A stretch of DNA of 42,822 nucleotides, taken from contig CACWXE010000004.1 of the NCBI GenBank assembly GCA_902764715.1, positions 1 to 42,822 on the forward strand. The letters run 5' to 3'. This document shows, piece by piece, positions 9,308 to 19,410 of this stretch. The position numbers and the translations under genes were made by a program. The notes beneath the pieces are model-generated. The model made no database searches. It saw only the letters and a program-made list of their open reading frames with translations, and was not told the origin of the DNA. The DNA is from an uncultured Ruminococcus sp. (GTDB lineage: Bacteria; Bacillota; Clostridia; Oscillospirales; Acutalibacteraceae). Within the stretch, counting starts at the first letter, position 1; every line of letters begins with the position of its first letter.

Positions 9308-9340
9308 TATATACACACATGAGAAGCCGATTTGGTTTCA
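9308..9340 (-). promoter_or_regulatory. Putative ECF autoregulatory promoter
   Basis: TGAAAC (9340-9335), 17 bp, TGTGTATATA, directly upstream of the sigma gene. Resembles the TGAAAC-N16/17-CGT ECF class. Confidence 0.5.
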
Positions 9341-9540
9341 GGTTTTTTTAAAAAGATAGAATTGAAGCAACCCTCCGTCACTTCGTGACACCTCCCTTAG
9401 GAAAGGGAGGCAAAAAAAGCGCCTCTTTACAGAAGCGCTTTTAATCCTATATCGTTACTCGCGGACATACGTCCGCTCAACCAATGATGCAATCCCTCAG
9501 TCTTTTTTATCGGTTTGAGCCCTCCTAGCGGAGGCAGCAG

Positions 9541-9630
9541 ACCCTTTTGTCCGCGTTGCGGACATTTCCCCTAGTAGGGGAATCTACCCTTTTGTCCGCG
9601 TTGCGGACATTTCCCCTAGTAGGGGAATCT
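9541..9630 (+). repeat. Perfect tandem duplication of a 45-bp double-hairpin unit (family D)
   Basis: ACCCTTTTGTCCGCGTTGCGGACATTTCCCCTAGTAGGGGAATCT at 9541-9585 and 9586-9630, inside a family A copy. Confidence 0.9.
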
Positions 9631-9650
9631 CCTTTCCCAAAGGGAGCCAC

Positions 9651-9950
9651 TTACGGGCGGTAGCCGTCGTCGTCGGGCTTTTTGACAAAGTGGTGGACGA
9701 TGAACAGCATGATGACGCCGCCGATGGCGTTGCCTACCCATGTGATGGTCGAGTTCATGCCCAGTCCGCTGGTTTTCGCGAACCAGTATTGCAGGGCGAC
9801 CACGATCCCCAGCACCACCAGCGTGATCAAAAGGGAGATCAGCCATTCCTTGGCTTTGTTGCGGCGGGGCTTTTGGGTAAGCTGCTGAGCAGGCTGTTTG
9901 TTTGTATCTGCCGCCTTTTGCGGTTGATTGTTGTTTTGATTCTGACTCAT
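9651..9950 (-). CDS. Small membrane protein (2 TM), unknown function
   Basis: 99 aa, Q/N-rich N-terminus, two hydrophobic segments. RBS GAAGGTG. Confidence 0.7.
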   Translation of the reverse strand: MSQNQNNNQPQKAADTNKQPAQQLTQKPRRNKAKEWLISLLITLVVLGIVVALQYWFAKTSGLGMNSTITWVGNAIGGVIMLFIVHHFVKKPDDDGYRP

Positions 9951-9996
9951 TCTGCACCTTCATAACAGGGTGGGCTGTGCCCACACCCATTGATAT

Positions 9997-10303
9997 CGGG
10001 AGGAGCAAGCCCCTCCCCTACACGATTTGTTTTTACTACTATAACACAAGAACAAGAGATTTTCAACCATTAATCGGGCGGGGTGTTTTCGGTATCGAAA
10101 ACATATATCTGCTCCGCAGGATAAAGGGATATGATGGAAATGGTGCGGGAGGGGTCTCCCCGTTGGGGAGGTGCCCGGACATTTGTGTCACGGGCAGAGG
10201 GGTGCCGTCTGCGGCTGAGCAACAAGCCCCTCCCCTACAATATGCTCCGCAGGATATAGGGATATGACGGAAATGATACGGGAGGAGCAAGCCCCTCCCC
10301 TAC
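9997..10303 (-). repeat. Cluster of GTAG-type REP copies with a 46-bp direct repeat and an inserted family D element
   Basis: CGGGAGGAGCAAGCCCCTCCCCTAC at about 9997 and 10279, with a partial copy at 10223. TGCTCCGCAGGATAWAGGGATATGAYGGAAATG at about 10109 and 10243. Family D-like copy at 10153-10203. Confidence 0.75.
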
Positions 10304-10330
10304 AGTGAACGTTTCAGAATAACTTAACAA

Positions 10331-10387
10331 TGGGTGAGGGCGAAGCCCTCCCACAACCATTCACTATTCACCATTCACTATTCACCA
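10331..10387 (+). repeat. Heptamer-tailed hairpin element (family H)
   Basis: GGGTGAGGGCGAAGCCCTCCC followed by (ATTCACY)x4. Related copies at 14521, 21296, 33515 and 34459. Confidence 0.8.
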
Positions 10388-10413
10388 TACTCTCCCCTAC
10401 ACATGGATAAATC

Positions 10414-12759
10414 TTAGGTGTTGAACATCGAGAACATTCTGCCGAAGCGCTCGAACATTGCTTCGTGTCCCGCGACATAGCTGCCGGGGTACCAGTACGC
10501 GAACACCAGACCCATATTGATGAACAGGCAAGCGAACATCGCGATCAACAGCAAGTGCTCATAGATGCGCTTCGCATCCTTGCCCTTGAGGTTACGGTAG
10601 AAGAGGAACATCACGAGGAAGGCGCAGGTCAGCATCTCCCACGCAAAATCCATCATATAGCGCGTGCCGTAGCCGGATTCCCAGATGGACGCGATGATGA
10701 CGAACGGCGCAACGAATGCCACGGCGCTGAACAGGATCGCGGTGCGGGTGCGCTTTTCTTTATCGACATACTTGAGCGCGAAGGGTGCGCCGAAGAGGAA
10801 GAACATCGGGAGCGCGCGATAGAACAAGCCCGCGCCGTTGTTGGTCGCCTCAAAGTAATAGCCGTTCACGCCGAGGGTCGACAGGGTCGACTGGACATAA
10901 GGAAATTCGCCGGTAAAGGACGGAGGCGCGAAGAGATAATCGAAGAAGCCGATCGCGGAAAGCTGGGTGTGGAACTCGGTGTGGGTGAAGTCGTTGATGG
11001 TCAGCGAATACGCGATACCGAAATCCGTGAACGAGCCGAAGCGCGCGTGGTTATAGATCATCTGCGCACCGCCGATCACGACAAAGGGGATCAGCGCCGC
11101 GCAAAGATAGATAATGATTGCCGACTTTTTTGATCGGTTGAGATCGCCACGGCTCTTGGAGCCTCGCGATGACAATTCTCCGTTTGTGCGGCGCAGCTTC
11201 ATCACGCCCGCAATGATGAACGCCACCGCGACGACGCACCAGATGACGGTCGTGGGTCGACAGGTCACGGCAATCGCGAGGAAGAGCGAGGACAGCGCCG
11301 CATGAAGCGGTCTGATCGGTTCTTTGTCGCCGCCGATCACATTGGACGTCACCAAGAAATACGCGCCCAATACGGTGAAGCAGAAGCCGGAGCTTTGGGC
11401 GATCTCATAGAAGTTCGCCATGACCGTGCAGTACCACACGCCGCAGGAGGCATAGATCATGATCAGCGCCGCCGTGAACATCGACAGCGGGATGTCCTTG
11501 AACAGCCGTTTCATCAACTGATAGAACGTCATGCCGAGGAAGATCAGCGCCAGGGCGTTGAACAACAGCACACCCGGCAGGCTCGCCAGATAGTGCCCGG
11601 TGATCAGATGGTACGGCAGGTACAGCAGGATCACGGGTCCGACGCCGTAGTAGGAATAATACTTGCCGTCATAGAGCACATGATCCCATTTGGCGTTAAC
11701 GCCTTTTTCGGTACGCGCCGACCAGTCATAGGGATTCTCCATATTCAGCAGATCGGTGCCGGGCTTGTCCTTCAATTCGACCTGACCCGATTCAAACGCG
11801 TCGACCAGCTCCTTGGTAATCTGGTTGCCGGTGGGATCATTGAAATCCTTCTTGGGATTCAGTCCGACGGAGGATAACAGCAGTGAGAGCGCCACCATCA
11901 CGATCACAATGACCGCGGTGACGGCTTTGGCGTTTTTGAACTGAGCGGACAGCGGCTTGCGGAAGTTGACGCTCCGCTTGAACGCCCACACGAACATCAC
12001 ACTGAGCAGGATCAGCGCGAATCGCAGATAGGAGAAACGCGACGGATAATCCGCGTTGAGGGTGATGCCGCTGATGGTCACGGTGTTGTTTTTCAGCTCG
12101 GTCAGGTTGATCCTCAGCTTGCTGACCTTGCCCGAAAAGTCACAGACGACGTACTTTGTCTGCTTGATATCATTGAACACCGAGCCCTTGACCAGCCCGC
12201 TTCTCATATAATAAGAGGCGTTGGTCTCATCGGCAAAGTCGATGGAATAATCGGTCTTGTAGGAGGTGCCCTTGAGTTCGAGCTGGATGGTACCGATCTT
12301 TTGATCGAGCTGAGGGAACTCGATGGTCGCGCTCTCGCCGTTCGTCACAAAGCTGTTGCCGTTCTGTTTGACATTGGTGAGCGTCGCCGTACTCATATCG
12401 AGAGGCGTTTCATCATAACCGCCCTTCCAGAGGTGATAGCTGTTGAAGTTGAAGCAGACCGCTTCGAGCAGCAGAATCACCAATATCGCGTTGGCGGTGT
12501 ACTTCACAAAGGATTTGATGGTGTCGGTCTTGAACTGCTGTGCGAAGATCGACAGTCCGAAGCTCGCCGCTGTCAGCACGGCGACTCCGATCCCGAGTGA
12601 GCGCAGATACGGCGCGGCGATCGCGGATATCAGCGAGAGTACCACCGCCAGAGAGCAGGATACCAGACGGATGATCTTGGTATACTTGCGCTCCTTGATG
12701 ATGCTCGACACGGCAAATACCGCTAAAGCGATCAGCGCGAGGATAAAAAGAATCTTCAT
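10414..12759 (-). CDS. Polytopic membrane protein, possibly a GT-C-fold glycosyltransferase
   Basis: 781 aa, many TM segments and a large extracellular loop. Motifs WDHVLYDGKYYSYYGVGP, CRPT, YNHARFGSFTDFG and GTRYMMDF. Function is an inference. Confidence 0.7.
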   Translation of the reverse strand: MKILFILALIALAVFAVSSIIKERKYTKIIRLVSCSLAVVLSLISAIAAPYLRSLGIGVAVLTAASFGLSIFAQQFKTDTIKSFVKYTANAILVILLLEAVCFNFNSYHLWKGGYDETPLDMSTATLTNVKQNGNSFVTNGESATIEFPQLDQKIGTIQLELKGTSYKTDYSIDFADETNASYYMRSGLVKGSVFNDIKQTKYVVCDFSGKVSKLRINLTELKNNTVTISGITLNADYPSRFSYLRFALILLSVMFVWAFKRSVNFRKPLSAQFKNAKAVTAVIVIVMVALSLLLSSVGLNPKKDFNDPTGNQITKELVDAFESGQVELKDKPGTDLLNMENPYDWSARTEKGVNAKWDHVLYDGKYYSYYGVGPVILLYLPYHLITGHYLASLPGVLLFNALALIFLGMTFYQLMKRLFKDIPLSMFTAALIMIYASCGVWYCTVMANFYEIAQSSGFCFTVLGAYFLVTSNVIGGDKEPIRPLHAALSSLFLAIAVTCRPTTVIWCVVAVAFIIAGVMKLRRTNGELSSRGSKSRGDLNRSKKSAIIIYLCAALIPFVVIGGAQMIYNHARFGSFTDFGIAYSLTINDFTHTEFHTQLSAIGFFDYLFAPPSFTGEFPYVQSTLSTLGVNGYYFEATNNGAGLFYRALPMFFLFGAPFALKYVDKEKRTRTAILFSAVAFVAPFVIIASIWESGYGTRYMMDFAWEMLTCAFLVMFLFYRNLKGKDAKRIYEHLLLIAMFACLFINMGLVFAYWYPGSYVAGHEAMFERFGRMFSMFNT

Positions 12760-12889
12760 GTTGTCCTCCTATGTCAAATGAATTATAGATATCATTAACC
12801 GTCATTTACTGAACGGGAGCACCTTTCCCAAAGGGAGCCTTGGAAAGCAACAGCGTGTCACACGTGACCCCTTTACCAAAGGGAGTCTT

Positions 12890-13702
12890 TTAAAAAAGCT
12901 CAGGGTGCATACGGGCATAGTGAAAAATGTATTGCTGGGCGATACCGGCGTACTGCCCGAAATCCGAGGGCTCAACGCCCTCGAACAGCGCCGCCATCGC
13001 GCGCTTCATCCACACATCGAGCGGAAAGCCGTCCAATCGGTGCAGTCCGTAGAGCAGGACACAATCTGCGACCTTCACGCCCACACCGGTGATTTTCATC
13101 AGCCCAGAACGCGCTTCGTCATAAGGCAGCGCGCGGATCTGTTCCAGGTCGATCGTGCCGTCCGCGACCTTTCGCGCCGCGTCGATGATGTAGCGCTGGC
13201 GGAATCCCGCGCGGATAGGCGCAAGATCATCGGGCGATAATGCCGCCAGACGTTGCGCGGTCGGAAAGGCATGGGGAGCGTCAGCCCCGATCGACTCGCC
13301 GAAATACTCACACAGGCGATCGACGATGCCCGTGATCCGCTTGATGTTGTTGTTCTGTGAGATGATAAAGCTAATCAGCGCCTCGAACGGCTCCTGATAA
13401 AGGATCCGTATCCCGGGCGCGTAGCGTGCCGCCTCGGCAAGCGTCGGATGGATCGCGGAAAGCTCCTGCCGCACCTTTGCGTAATCCAAGCCGAGGTCGA
13501 AGTAGTCGAACCATATCGCGCGGTCGGCTTCGTCAGCGCCGTCGAGGATCAGGCGATCGCCGACCAAGGATACGCGGACGTATCTTCCCCGCACGACGCC
13601 GCTGAAGCTGCCGTCCGGGTGTTCCTTCCACCGAAAGCACTGACCGCAGGATAAGGTCTGTGACAGGTCGAGATCTTTTACGTTTTCCAATACAATACTC
13701 AT
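12890..13702 (-). CDS. ogg: 8-oxoguanine DNA glycosylase (HhH-GPD, OGG-like)
   Basis: LDLSQTLSCGQCFRW, QEPFEALISFIISQNNNIKRI, ITGVGVKVADCVLL, FPLDVWM and AGIAQQYIF. Confidence 0.9.
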   Translation of the reverse strand: MSIVLENVKDLDLSQTLSCGQCFRWKEHPDGSFSGVVRGRYVRVSLVGDRLILDGADEADRAIWFDYFDLGLDYAKVRQELSAIHPTLAEAARYAPGIRILYQEPFEALISFIISQNNNIKRITGIVDRLCEYFGESIGADAPHAFPTAQRLAALSPDDLAPIRAGFRQRYIIDAARKVADGTIDLEQIRALPYDEARSGLMKITGVGVKVADCVLLYGLHRLDGFPLDVWMKRAMAALFEGVEPSDFGQYAGIAQQYIFHYARMHPELF

Positions 13703-13817
13703 AATAACCCTATTATCAAAAAAATGCAAATCCAGTATACCATATTCTGCCGCAATATGCTATAATATTTTTATCATAATCCGCGATATGTCGATTTGTC
13801 CGCGTAAGGAGGTTCCC

Positions 13818-14519
13818 ATGAAGCCGAATATCACTACCATCCCGATCACCGAACTGTTCACCGATACCGACGGCTGTCCGATCTGCCGGATGCACCGTAT
13901 GCTCGAGGAGCAGTATGTCGAGTACATCACCGGCGCCGCGATGATGGCGCCCGACGTTCGCGTCAAGACCAACCGTGTGGGCTTTTGCCACCGCCATTTT
14001 TCGATGATGGTCAACAACGGTCCGCGCCTGTCGAACGCGCTGCTGCTCCAGACGCACATCGACGAGCTGCGCAAGAAGGTGTTCCCGAAGAAGAATACCG
14101 ATCTCCCCGATAAAAAGATGCTCGCCGCGATCCGTGAGAACGACCGCACCTGCTATGTCTGCGACCGCATCGAGCACGATATCCTGCATCTGCTCGCGAC
14201 CGTCTATGTGCAGTACGGCTCCGACCCCGAATTCCGCAAGCAATATCAGAATCAGGATTTCATCTGTCTGGAACACTATGCTCTCGTGATGGGCAACGCC
14301 AACAAAAAGGCGATGGACAAAAGCACGTTCAAGGAGTTCTGTGAAGTGACCAACAAGCTCTCCAAGGGCTATATGGACACGCTGTACGACGATGTGACCC
14401 ACTTTGCGAGTATGTTTGACTACCGCAATCAAGGCGGCGATTATAAAAACAGCAAGGACGCCATCGAGCGCTCCGTGCGCTTTCTGACGTCCTATCCGGT
14501 GGATGAGAATATGAAATAA
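13818..14519 (+). CDS. Cys/His-rich conserved protein (DUF6062-like)
   Basis: Two CxxC..CxxH modules (CPIC..FCHRH and CYVC..ICLEH), plus FDYRN. RBS AAGGAGG before ATG 13818. Confidence 0.75.
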   Translation: MKPNITTIPITELFTDTDGCPICRMHRMLEEQYVEYITGAAMMAPDVRVKTNRVGFCHRHFSMMVNNGPRLSNALLLQTHIDELRKKVFPKKNTDLPDKKMLAAIRENDRTCYVCDRIEHDILHLLATVYVQYGSDPEFRKQYQNQDFICLEHYALVMGNANKKAMDKSTFKEFCEVTNKLSKGYMDTLYDDVTHFASMFDYRNQGGDYKNSKDAIERSVRFLTSYPVDENMK

Positions 14520-14520
14520 A

Positions 14521-14577
14521 ATGGGTGAGGGCGCATCCCTCCCGCAACCATTCACCATTCACCGTTCACCATTCACC
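14521..14577 (+). repeat. Family H element at the DUF6062 stop
   Basis: ATGGGTGAGGGCGCATCCCTCCCGCAACC followed by (RTTCACC)x4. Confidence 0.8.
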
Positions 14578-14606
14578 AAAAAAGCTCCCTCATGGGAGCT
14601 TTTTTT
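14578..14606. terminator. Bidirectional terminator
   Basis: AAAAAAGCTCCCTCATGGGAGCTTTTTT between convergent genes. Confidence 0.85.
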
Positions 14607-15492
14607 AAAAATGCTTATATAGCTTCAAACTATCGCCGTCGATGATTCCGAGTGAGAGAAAGGCACCCTGCCTGTCCTTCACGCGGAATATTTTTTTGTC
14701 CCCGGCATGGTCGCGCAGCGGAGTGCGGACGATATCCAGCGGATTGCCGTTGACAAAACGGTGTGCCTGCTTATCGCTGACCACCACTTCATCATAAGTC
14801 ATAAAAATGCTCTCGACACTGTGCAAAAAGGAGCTGTCGCCGCTGTCGATCCTTTGGCGGAGTTCATCGAGCGTCATACACTCGTCAAGCGGGTAACCGC
14901 ACGCCTCATACCGCACCAGATCCGTCATCACGCCGACCGTACCCAGCGCGCGCGCCAGATCGTCGATGAGCGTGCGGATATAGGTGCCGTTGGAGCAGTA
15001 GATATCGAGCGTGCCGCTTTGCGCCGCTTCATCAAAAGAAATGAGCTCCAATGAGTAGACGGTGACCTTGCGGGGGCGGCGCTCCACCTCTTTTCCCTCG
15101 CGGGCGTACTGGTAGAGCCGCTTACCGCCGACGCTGACAGCGGAATACATGGGCGGGAGCTGTTCGATCTCTCCCCTGAGGGAGCCGAGGGCTCCTTCTA
15201 TTTGCTCCTGTGTGATGTCGGATGGTTGCTGCTCCATGACCTTGCCCCAGATATCCAGCGTATCGGTCGCGATCCCGAATCGGAAATCCGCGCGATAGCG
15301 CTTATCGTGACAGGGAATGATATCCTGCGCCTTGGTCGCCGTGCCGAGCAGTACGGGCAGTACGCCGGTCGCGTTGGGATCGAGCGTGCCGGTATGACCG
15401 ACCTTCTTCTGTCCTGTCAGCTTGCGCACTACGGCAACGACGTCGAAGGAGGTAAAATCCTTCTCCTTATGTATCAGGATGACGCCGTTCAT
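14605..15492 (-). CDS. truB: tRNA pseudouridine(55) synthase
   Basis: MNGVILIHK..TSFDVV..KVGHTGTLDPNATGVL, PPMYSA and GTYIRTL. Confidence 0.96.
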   Translation of the reverse strand: MNGVILIHKEKDFTSFDVVAVVRKLTGQKKVGHTGTLDPNATGVLPVLLGTATKAQDIIPCHDKRYRADFRFGIATDTLDIWGKVMEQQPSDITQEQIEGALGSLRGEIEQLPPMYSAVSVGGKRLYQYAREGKEVERRPRKVTVYSLELISFDEAAQSGTLDIYCSNGTYIRTLIDDLARALGTVGVMTDLVRYEACGYPLDECMTLDELRQRIDSGDSSFLHSVESIFMTYDEVVVSDKQAHRFVNGNPLDIVRTPLRDHAGDKKIFRVKDRQGAFLSLGIIDGDSLKLYKHF

Positions 15493-16436
15493 TGCAGATA
15501 TGCCTCTGCCGCGTCGACCAATATCTTTTTCACCGTGCCGAGGTCGCCCTCGATTGAGCATCCGGACGCCGCGGGATGACCGCCGCCGCCAAACTGTCGG
15601 CAGAACTCAGCCGCGTTGATGCCGTCGTTGGTGCGCACGGAGATCTTGAACACACCGCCCGGCTTTTCACGCATGGTGATGCCGATCTTTACGCCCTCGA
15701 TACGGCGCGGGATATTCGCCAGACCTTCCATCTCATCATCGCCCGATTTGAGCGCCTCGCACATCGCGAGGGTGGTGTAGATGATCGCGCACTGTCCCGC
15801 GGCATGGAACTCCATGGTCTTGTAGACCAGACGCTCCATCCTGAGCTTAGCGCGGGTCTTGATCACAAAATTGATGTTGTTGATCTCCTGCCAGTTGCAG
15901 TAGGGCATCACCTGTGCCGCGATCCTGTGGGTCTGCGGCGTGGTGTTGGTGTAGAGAAAACAGCCGGTGTCGGTGGACACGCCGGTATAGATGCCCGCCG
16001 CGATATCCTCGTCGATCTCGACATGGAGCAGTTCCAAAATCTCCCAGATGATCTCGGCTGCCGCCGCCGCGGTATCGTCCACATATTTACAGTCGGCGTC
16101 CAGACTGTTGGTGCCGTGGTGATCGATACAAAGATCGATATGATCCACCCCCTCCATCACGCTCTCGCCGAGCAGCGCGGGCGCGGCAACGTCTACGCTG
16201 ACGATGTACGCGGGGGTGAAATCCTGCTCCTCGTAGTTCTTCACCAGATAGGTGAACTTGGAGGGCAGCTTGCCGTCCACAGCGACATTGGCGCGCTTGC
16301 CGAGCTTACGCAGCGCGAACGCCAGCGCGTAGCCGCAGCCGAGGCAATCGCCGTCGGGGTAGCTGTGGGTCAGTATTTTAAAATCATCGTGCTGTGAAAG
16401 AAGCGAAGCGACCTCACTGAGCGTTATCTGTTTCAT
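15489..16436 (-). CDS. nrnA: DHH/DHHA1 nanoRNase / pAp phosphatase
   Basis: HSYPDGD, VDV, IDHH, TDTG and GGGGHPAASG motifs. Canonical position between rbfA and truB. Confidence 0.9.
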   Translation of the reverse strand: MKQITLSEVASLLSQHDDFKILTHSYPDGDCLGCGYALAFALRKLGKRANVAVDGKLPSKFTYLVKNYEEQDFTPAYIVSVDVAAPALLGESVMEGVDHIDLCIDHHGTNSLDADCKYVDDTAAAAAEIIWEILELLHVEIDEDIAAGIYTGVSTDTGCFLYTNTTPQTHRIAAQVMPYCNWQEINNINFVIKTRAKLRMERLVYKTMEFHAAGQCAIIYTTLAMCEALKSGDDEMEGLANIPRRIEGVKIGITMREKPGGVFKISVRTNDGINAAEFCRQFGGGGHPAASGCSIEGDLGTVKKILVDAAEAYLQ

Positions 16437-16800
16437 CAGGTTCCTCCTCGTCCTTCGGAATATCCAGACTGTTCAGGATCCGCGAGATCTCGGCGCTGTA
16501 TTCGATGGAATCGGTAGGGGTGAAGATCAGCTCGGGAACATGGCGGAGACGGAGGCGGTGCCCCAGTTCTCTGCGGATATATCCCGCGGCGCTCTTGAGT
16601 CCCTTGACAGCCGCCTTCGCGCGGTCGAGACCCTCCAGCGCGCTGACGTACACCGTGCAGTAGGAAAGGTCGTTGGTCACCTCGACGCGCACGATGGACA
16701 AAAAGCATGAATTCACTCTCGGATCCTTGAGCTCGCGGAAAATCGCCGTCAGCTCACGCTTCACATCCTCGGTGATCCTGTCTATTCTATGATTTGCCAT
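16414..16800 (-). CDS. rbfA: Ribosome-binding factor A
   Basis: VEVTNDLSYCTVY..GYIRRELGHRLRLRHVPELIF..DSIEY. Confidence 0.96.
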   Translation of the reverse strand: MANHRIDRITEDVKRELTAIFRELKDPRVNSCFLSIVRVEVTNDLSYCTVYVSALEGLDRAKAAVKGLKSAAGYIRRELGHRLRLRHVPELIFTPTDSIEYSAEISRILNSLDIPKDEEEPDETDNAQ

Positions 16801-16818
16801 ATTAATGTTACCTCATAA

Positions 16819-16979
16819 GCCTTCCCCTTGAGGGGAAGGTGCCGAGCGGTTGAGCGAGGCGGATGAGGTGGAAACATTTCTGTCATATCCATTGATGACA
16901 TATAGCGGAAACGCTTCCACCTCATCCGACCTTTTCGACTCTTTTGTCGAAAAGCCCACCTTCCCCTCAAGGGGAAGGC
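16819..16979. repeat. REPIN/MITE-like inverted doublet (family E) between infB and rbfA
   Basis: GCCTTCCCCTTGAGGGGAAGGTG..CGGATGAGGTGGAA ... TTCCACCTCATCCG..CACCTTCCCCTCAAGGGGAAGGC. A lone hairpin of the same family sits at about 26143-26164. Confidence 0.85.
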
Positions 16980-17013
16980 TCCTGCACAGCTTAATGATCT
17001 ATATTCTCAGTTA

Positions 17014-19398
17014 TTAGTCCTCGCGATACTCCTCGATGGTGAACACCTCGAAGATATCGCCTTCCTTGATATCGTTGTACTTCTCCAGACCAATACCGCA
17101 TTCGTAACCCTCGTTGACCTCTTTAACGCTGTCCTTGAAGCGCTGGAGAGAACCGATGGTGTCGTCGGCGATGATGATACCGTCGCGGACAACGCGAACG
17201 CCTGCGCCGCGCTGGATCTTACCGCTCTTGACATAACAGCCGCCGATGTTGCCGATCGACTTGATGCGGATGACGTCGCGTACCTCGGCGGTACCGAGGA
17301 TGACCTCTCTGGTCTTGGGCGCGAGCATACCCTTCATCGCGCTCTCGATCTCTTCGATACAGTCGTAGATGACACGGTACATACGCATATCCACGCCGTC
17401 GCGCTCGGCGTTAGCCTGAGCGGTCGCGTCAGGACGTACATTGAAGCCGACGATGATGGCGTTGGACGCGTTCGCGAGCATAACGTCGCTCTCGTTGACC
17501 GCGCCGACAGCGCCGTGGATGATGTTGACGCGGACTTCTTCATTGCTGAGCTTCTCGAGACTCTGGCGAACCGCCTCAACAGAACCCTGTACGTCAGCCT
17601 TGACGATGATCTTGAGCTCCTTGACCTCGCCGAGCTTCATCTGATCGAAGAGGTTGTCGAGCGTGACCTTGGTGCGGGCGTTGAACTCGGCTTCCTTCTT
17701 CTCATGCTTACGCTGTTCGACCAGCTCGCGTGCCAGACGCTCGTCGGTGACGGCGTTGAAGGTATCGCCGCCGGTGGGGACGTCGTCCAGACCGGTGATC
17801 TCGACCGGGATCGAGGGGCCTGCTTCCTTGACGCGTCTGCCCTTATCATCGGTCATCGCGCGGACATGACCTACCGCCATGCCGGCTACGACGATGTCGC
17901 CGGTGCGCAGAGTACCGTTCTGTACGAGGATGGACGCCACGGGGCCTCTGCCCTTATCCAGACGCGCCTCGATGACAGTACCCTTCGCGGCACGGTCGGG
18001 GTTGGCCTTGAGCTCCTTCATATCAGCTACCAGCAGTACCATCTCGAGCAGATCGTCGATACCCATACCGGTCTTGGCGGATACGGGCACGCAGGGCGTA
18101 TCGCCGCCCCACTCCTCGGGGATCAGCTCATATTCGGTGAGCTGCTGCTTGACCTGCTCGGGATTCGCGCCCGGCTTATCCATTTTATTGATCGCGACGA
18201 TGACGGATACACCCGCCGCCTTCGCGTGGTTGATCGCTTCGACCGTCTGCGGCATGATACCGTCATCCGCGGCTACAACGAGGATCGCGATATCCGTGAC
18301 CTGAGCGCCGCGTGCTCGCATGGTGGTGAACGCCTCATGACCCGGGGTATCGAGGAAGGTGATGTCGCGTTCGTTGATATTGACGCGGTACGCACCGATG
18401 TGCTGGGTGATACCGCCCGCCTCGGTGTCGGTAACGTGCGCGTTGCGGATATAGTCGAGCAGAGAGGTCTTACCGTGGTCGACGTGACCCATGACAACGA
18501 CGACCGGAGCGCGGTCGACCAGATTGTCATCGGTATCCTCGCTGTCGTCGATGATACGCTCTTCGATGGTGACGACGACTTCCTTCTCGACCTTCGCGTG
18601 AAACTCCATCGCGATCAGGGACGCGGTGTCGAAGTCGACCACATCGTTCGCGGTGACCATCGTACCCATGAGGAACGCCTTTTTGACGACCTCGGCGACC
18701 GTCGCCTTCAGGCGCAGTGCCAGATCGCCGACAGAGATCTCGTCGGGGATCAGGACGGTCATCTTCTTTGCCTTACGCTCCTTCTCGATACGCGCCATAC
18801 GCTCGCGCTCGGTCTCACGCTTTGCGGAGCGGCGGTTGCGCTGCTTGGAGCGCTGGTTGATCTTCTGCTTCTTGGATGACATATTGTTCTCGTTCTTGAC
18901 CTTGTCGAGAGCGAGATCGTCATATTTCTGGTTATAGCGGTCAACATTGACCTCAGCCGCGCCGGTATCGACGATACGGCCGGTGCCGCGCTTGCTCTTG
19001 ATCTCGGATTTCAGATCAATATCCGCGGTCTTGTCGACCTTTTCCTTCTTGGGCTGAGCAGGAGCCGCCTGCACCTTACCGCTTTTCTTCGCGGATTCGG
19101 GACGCAGCTGATCCTTCGCCTCTTCACGGCGCTTCTTTTCCTCAGCCTTGCGCTTAGCCGCCTCTTCCTCCTTCTGCCGGATCGCCTGATCGCGTACCGC
19201 AAAATACGGAGCAAGATCGCTGACCGCGTTCTTCTGTGTAAAGTAATCGAAGATGAAGTTGAGCTCCTCTTCGTTCAGGGTCGTCATTGCCTTTTTATCG
19301 ACGCCGAGCTTATCTTTGAGCACGGATACAACCTCTTTGGTCGCGACGTCAAGGTCAGTGGCCACCTCTTTGACTTTATATTTAATCATAATAGCCAT
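17014..19398 (-). CDS. infB: Translation initiation factor IF-2
   Basis: [25 protein letters not shown] and KADVQGS. Confidence 0.98.
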   Translation of the reverse strand: MAIMIKYKVKEVATDLDVATKEVVSVLKDKLGVDKKAMTTLNEEELNFIFDYFTQKNAVSDLAPYFAVRDQAIRQKEEEAAKRKAEEKKRREEAKDQLRPESAKKSGKVQAAPAQPKKEKVDKTADIDLKSEIKSKRGTGRIVDTGAAEVNVDRYNQKYDDLALDKVKNENNMSSKKQKINQRSKQRNRRSAKRETERERMARIEKERKAKKMTVLIPDEISVGDLALRLKATVAEVVKKAFLMGTMVTANDVVDFDTASLIAMEFHAKVEKEVVVTIEERIIDDSEDTDDNLVDRAPVVVVMGHVDHGKTSLLDYIRNAHVTDTEAGGITQHIGAYRVNINERDITFLDTPGHEAFTTMRARGAQVTDIAILVVAADDGIMPQTVEAINHAKAAGVSVIVAINKMDKPGANPEQVKQQLTEYELIPEEWGGDTPCVPVSAKTGMGIDDLLEMVLLVADMKELKANPDRAAKGTVIEARLDKGRGPVASILVQNGTLRTGDIVVAGMAVGHVRAMTDDKGRRVKEAGPSIPVEITGLDDVPTGGDTFNAVTDERLARELVEQRKHEKKEAEFNARTKVTLDNLFDQMKLGEVKELKIIVKADVQGSVEAVRQSLEKLSNEEVRVNIIHGAVGAVNESDVMLANASNAIIVGFNVRPDATAQANAERDGVDMRMYRVIYDCIEEIESAMKGMLAPKTREVILGTAEVRDVIRIKSIGNIGGCYVKSGKIQRGAGVRVVRDGIIIADDTIGSLQRFKDSVKEVNEGYECGIGLEKYNDIKEGDIFEVFTIEEYRED

Positions 19399-19410
19399 GG
19401 TAATTCCTCC

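Noticed and set aside
9541-9630. Possible mini CRISPR array
   Set aside because: The two 45-bp units abut with no spacer, and there are no cas genes in the window.
14578-14605. Absence of ribF after truB
   Set aside because: Operon order varies and ribF may simply lie elsewhere. There is no remnant or scar here.
16819-16979. Autonomous IS element
   Set aside because: It is only about 160 bp with no transposase. Recorded as a non-autonomous repeat.
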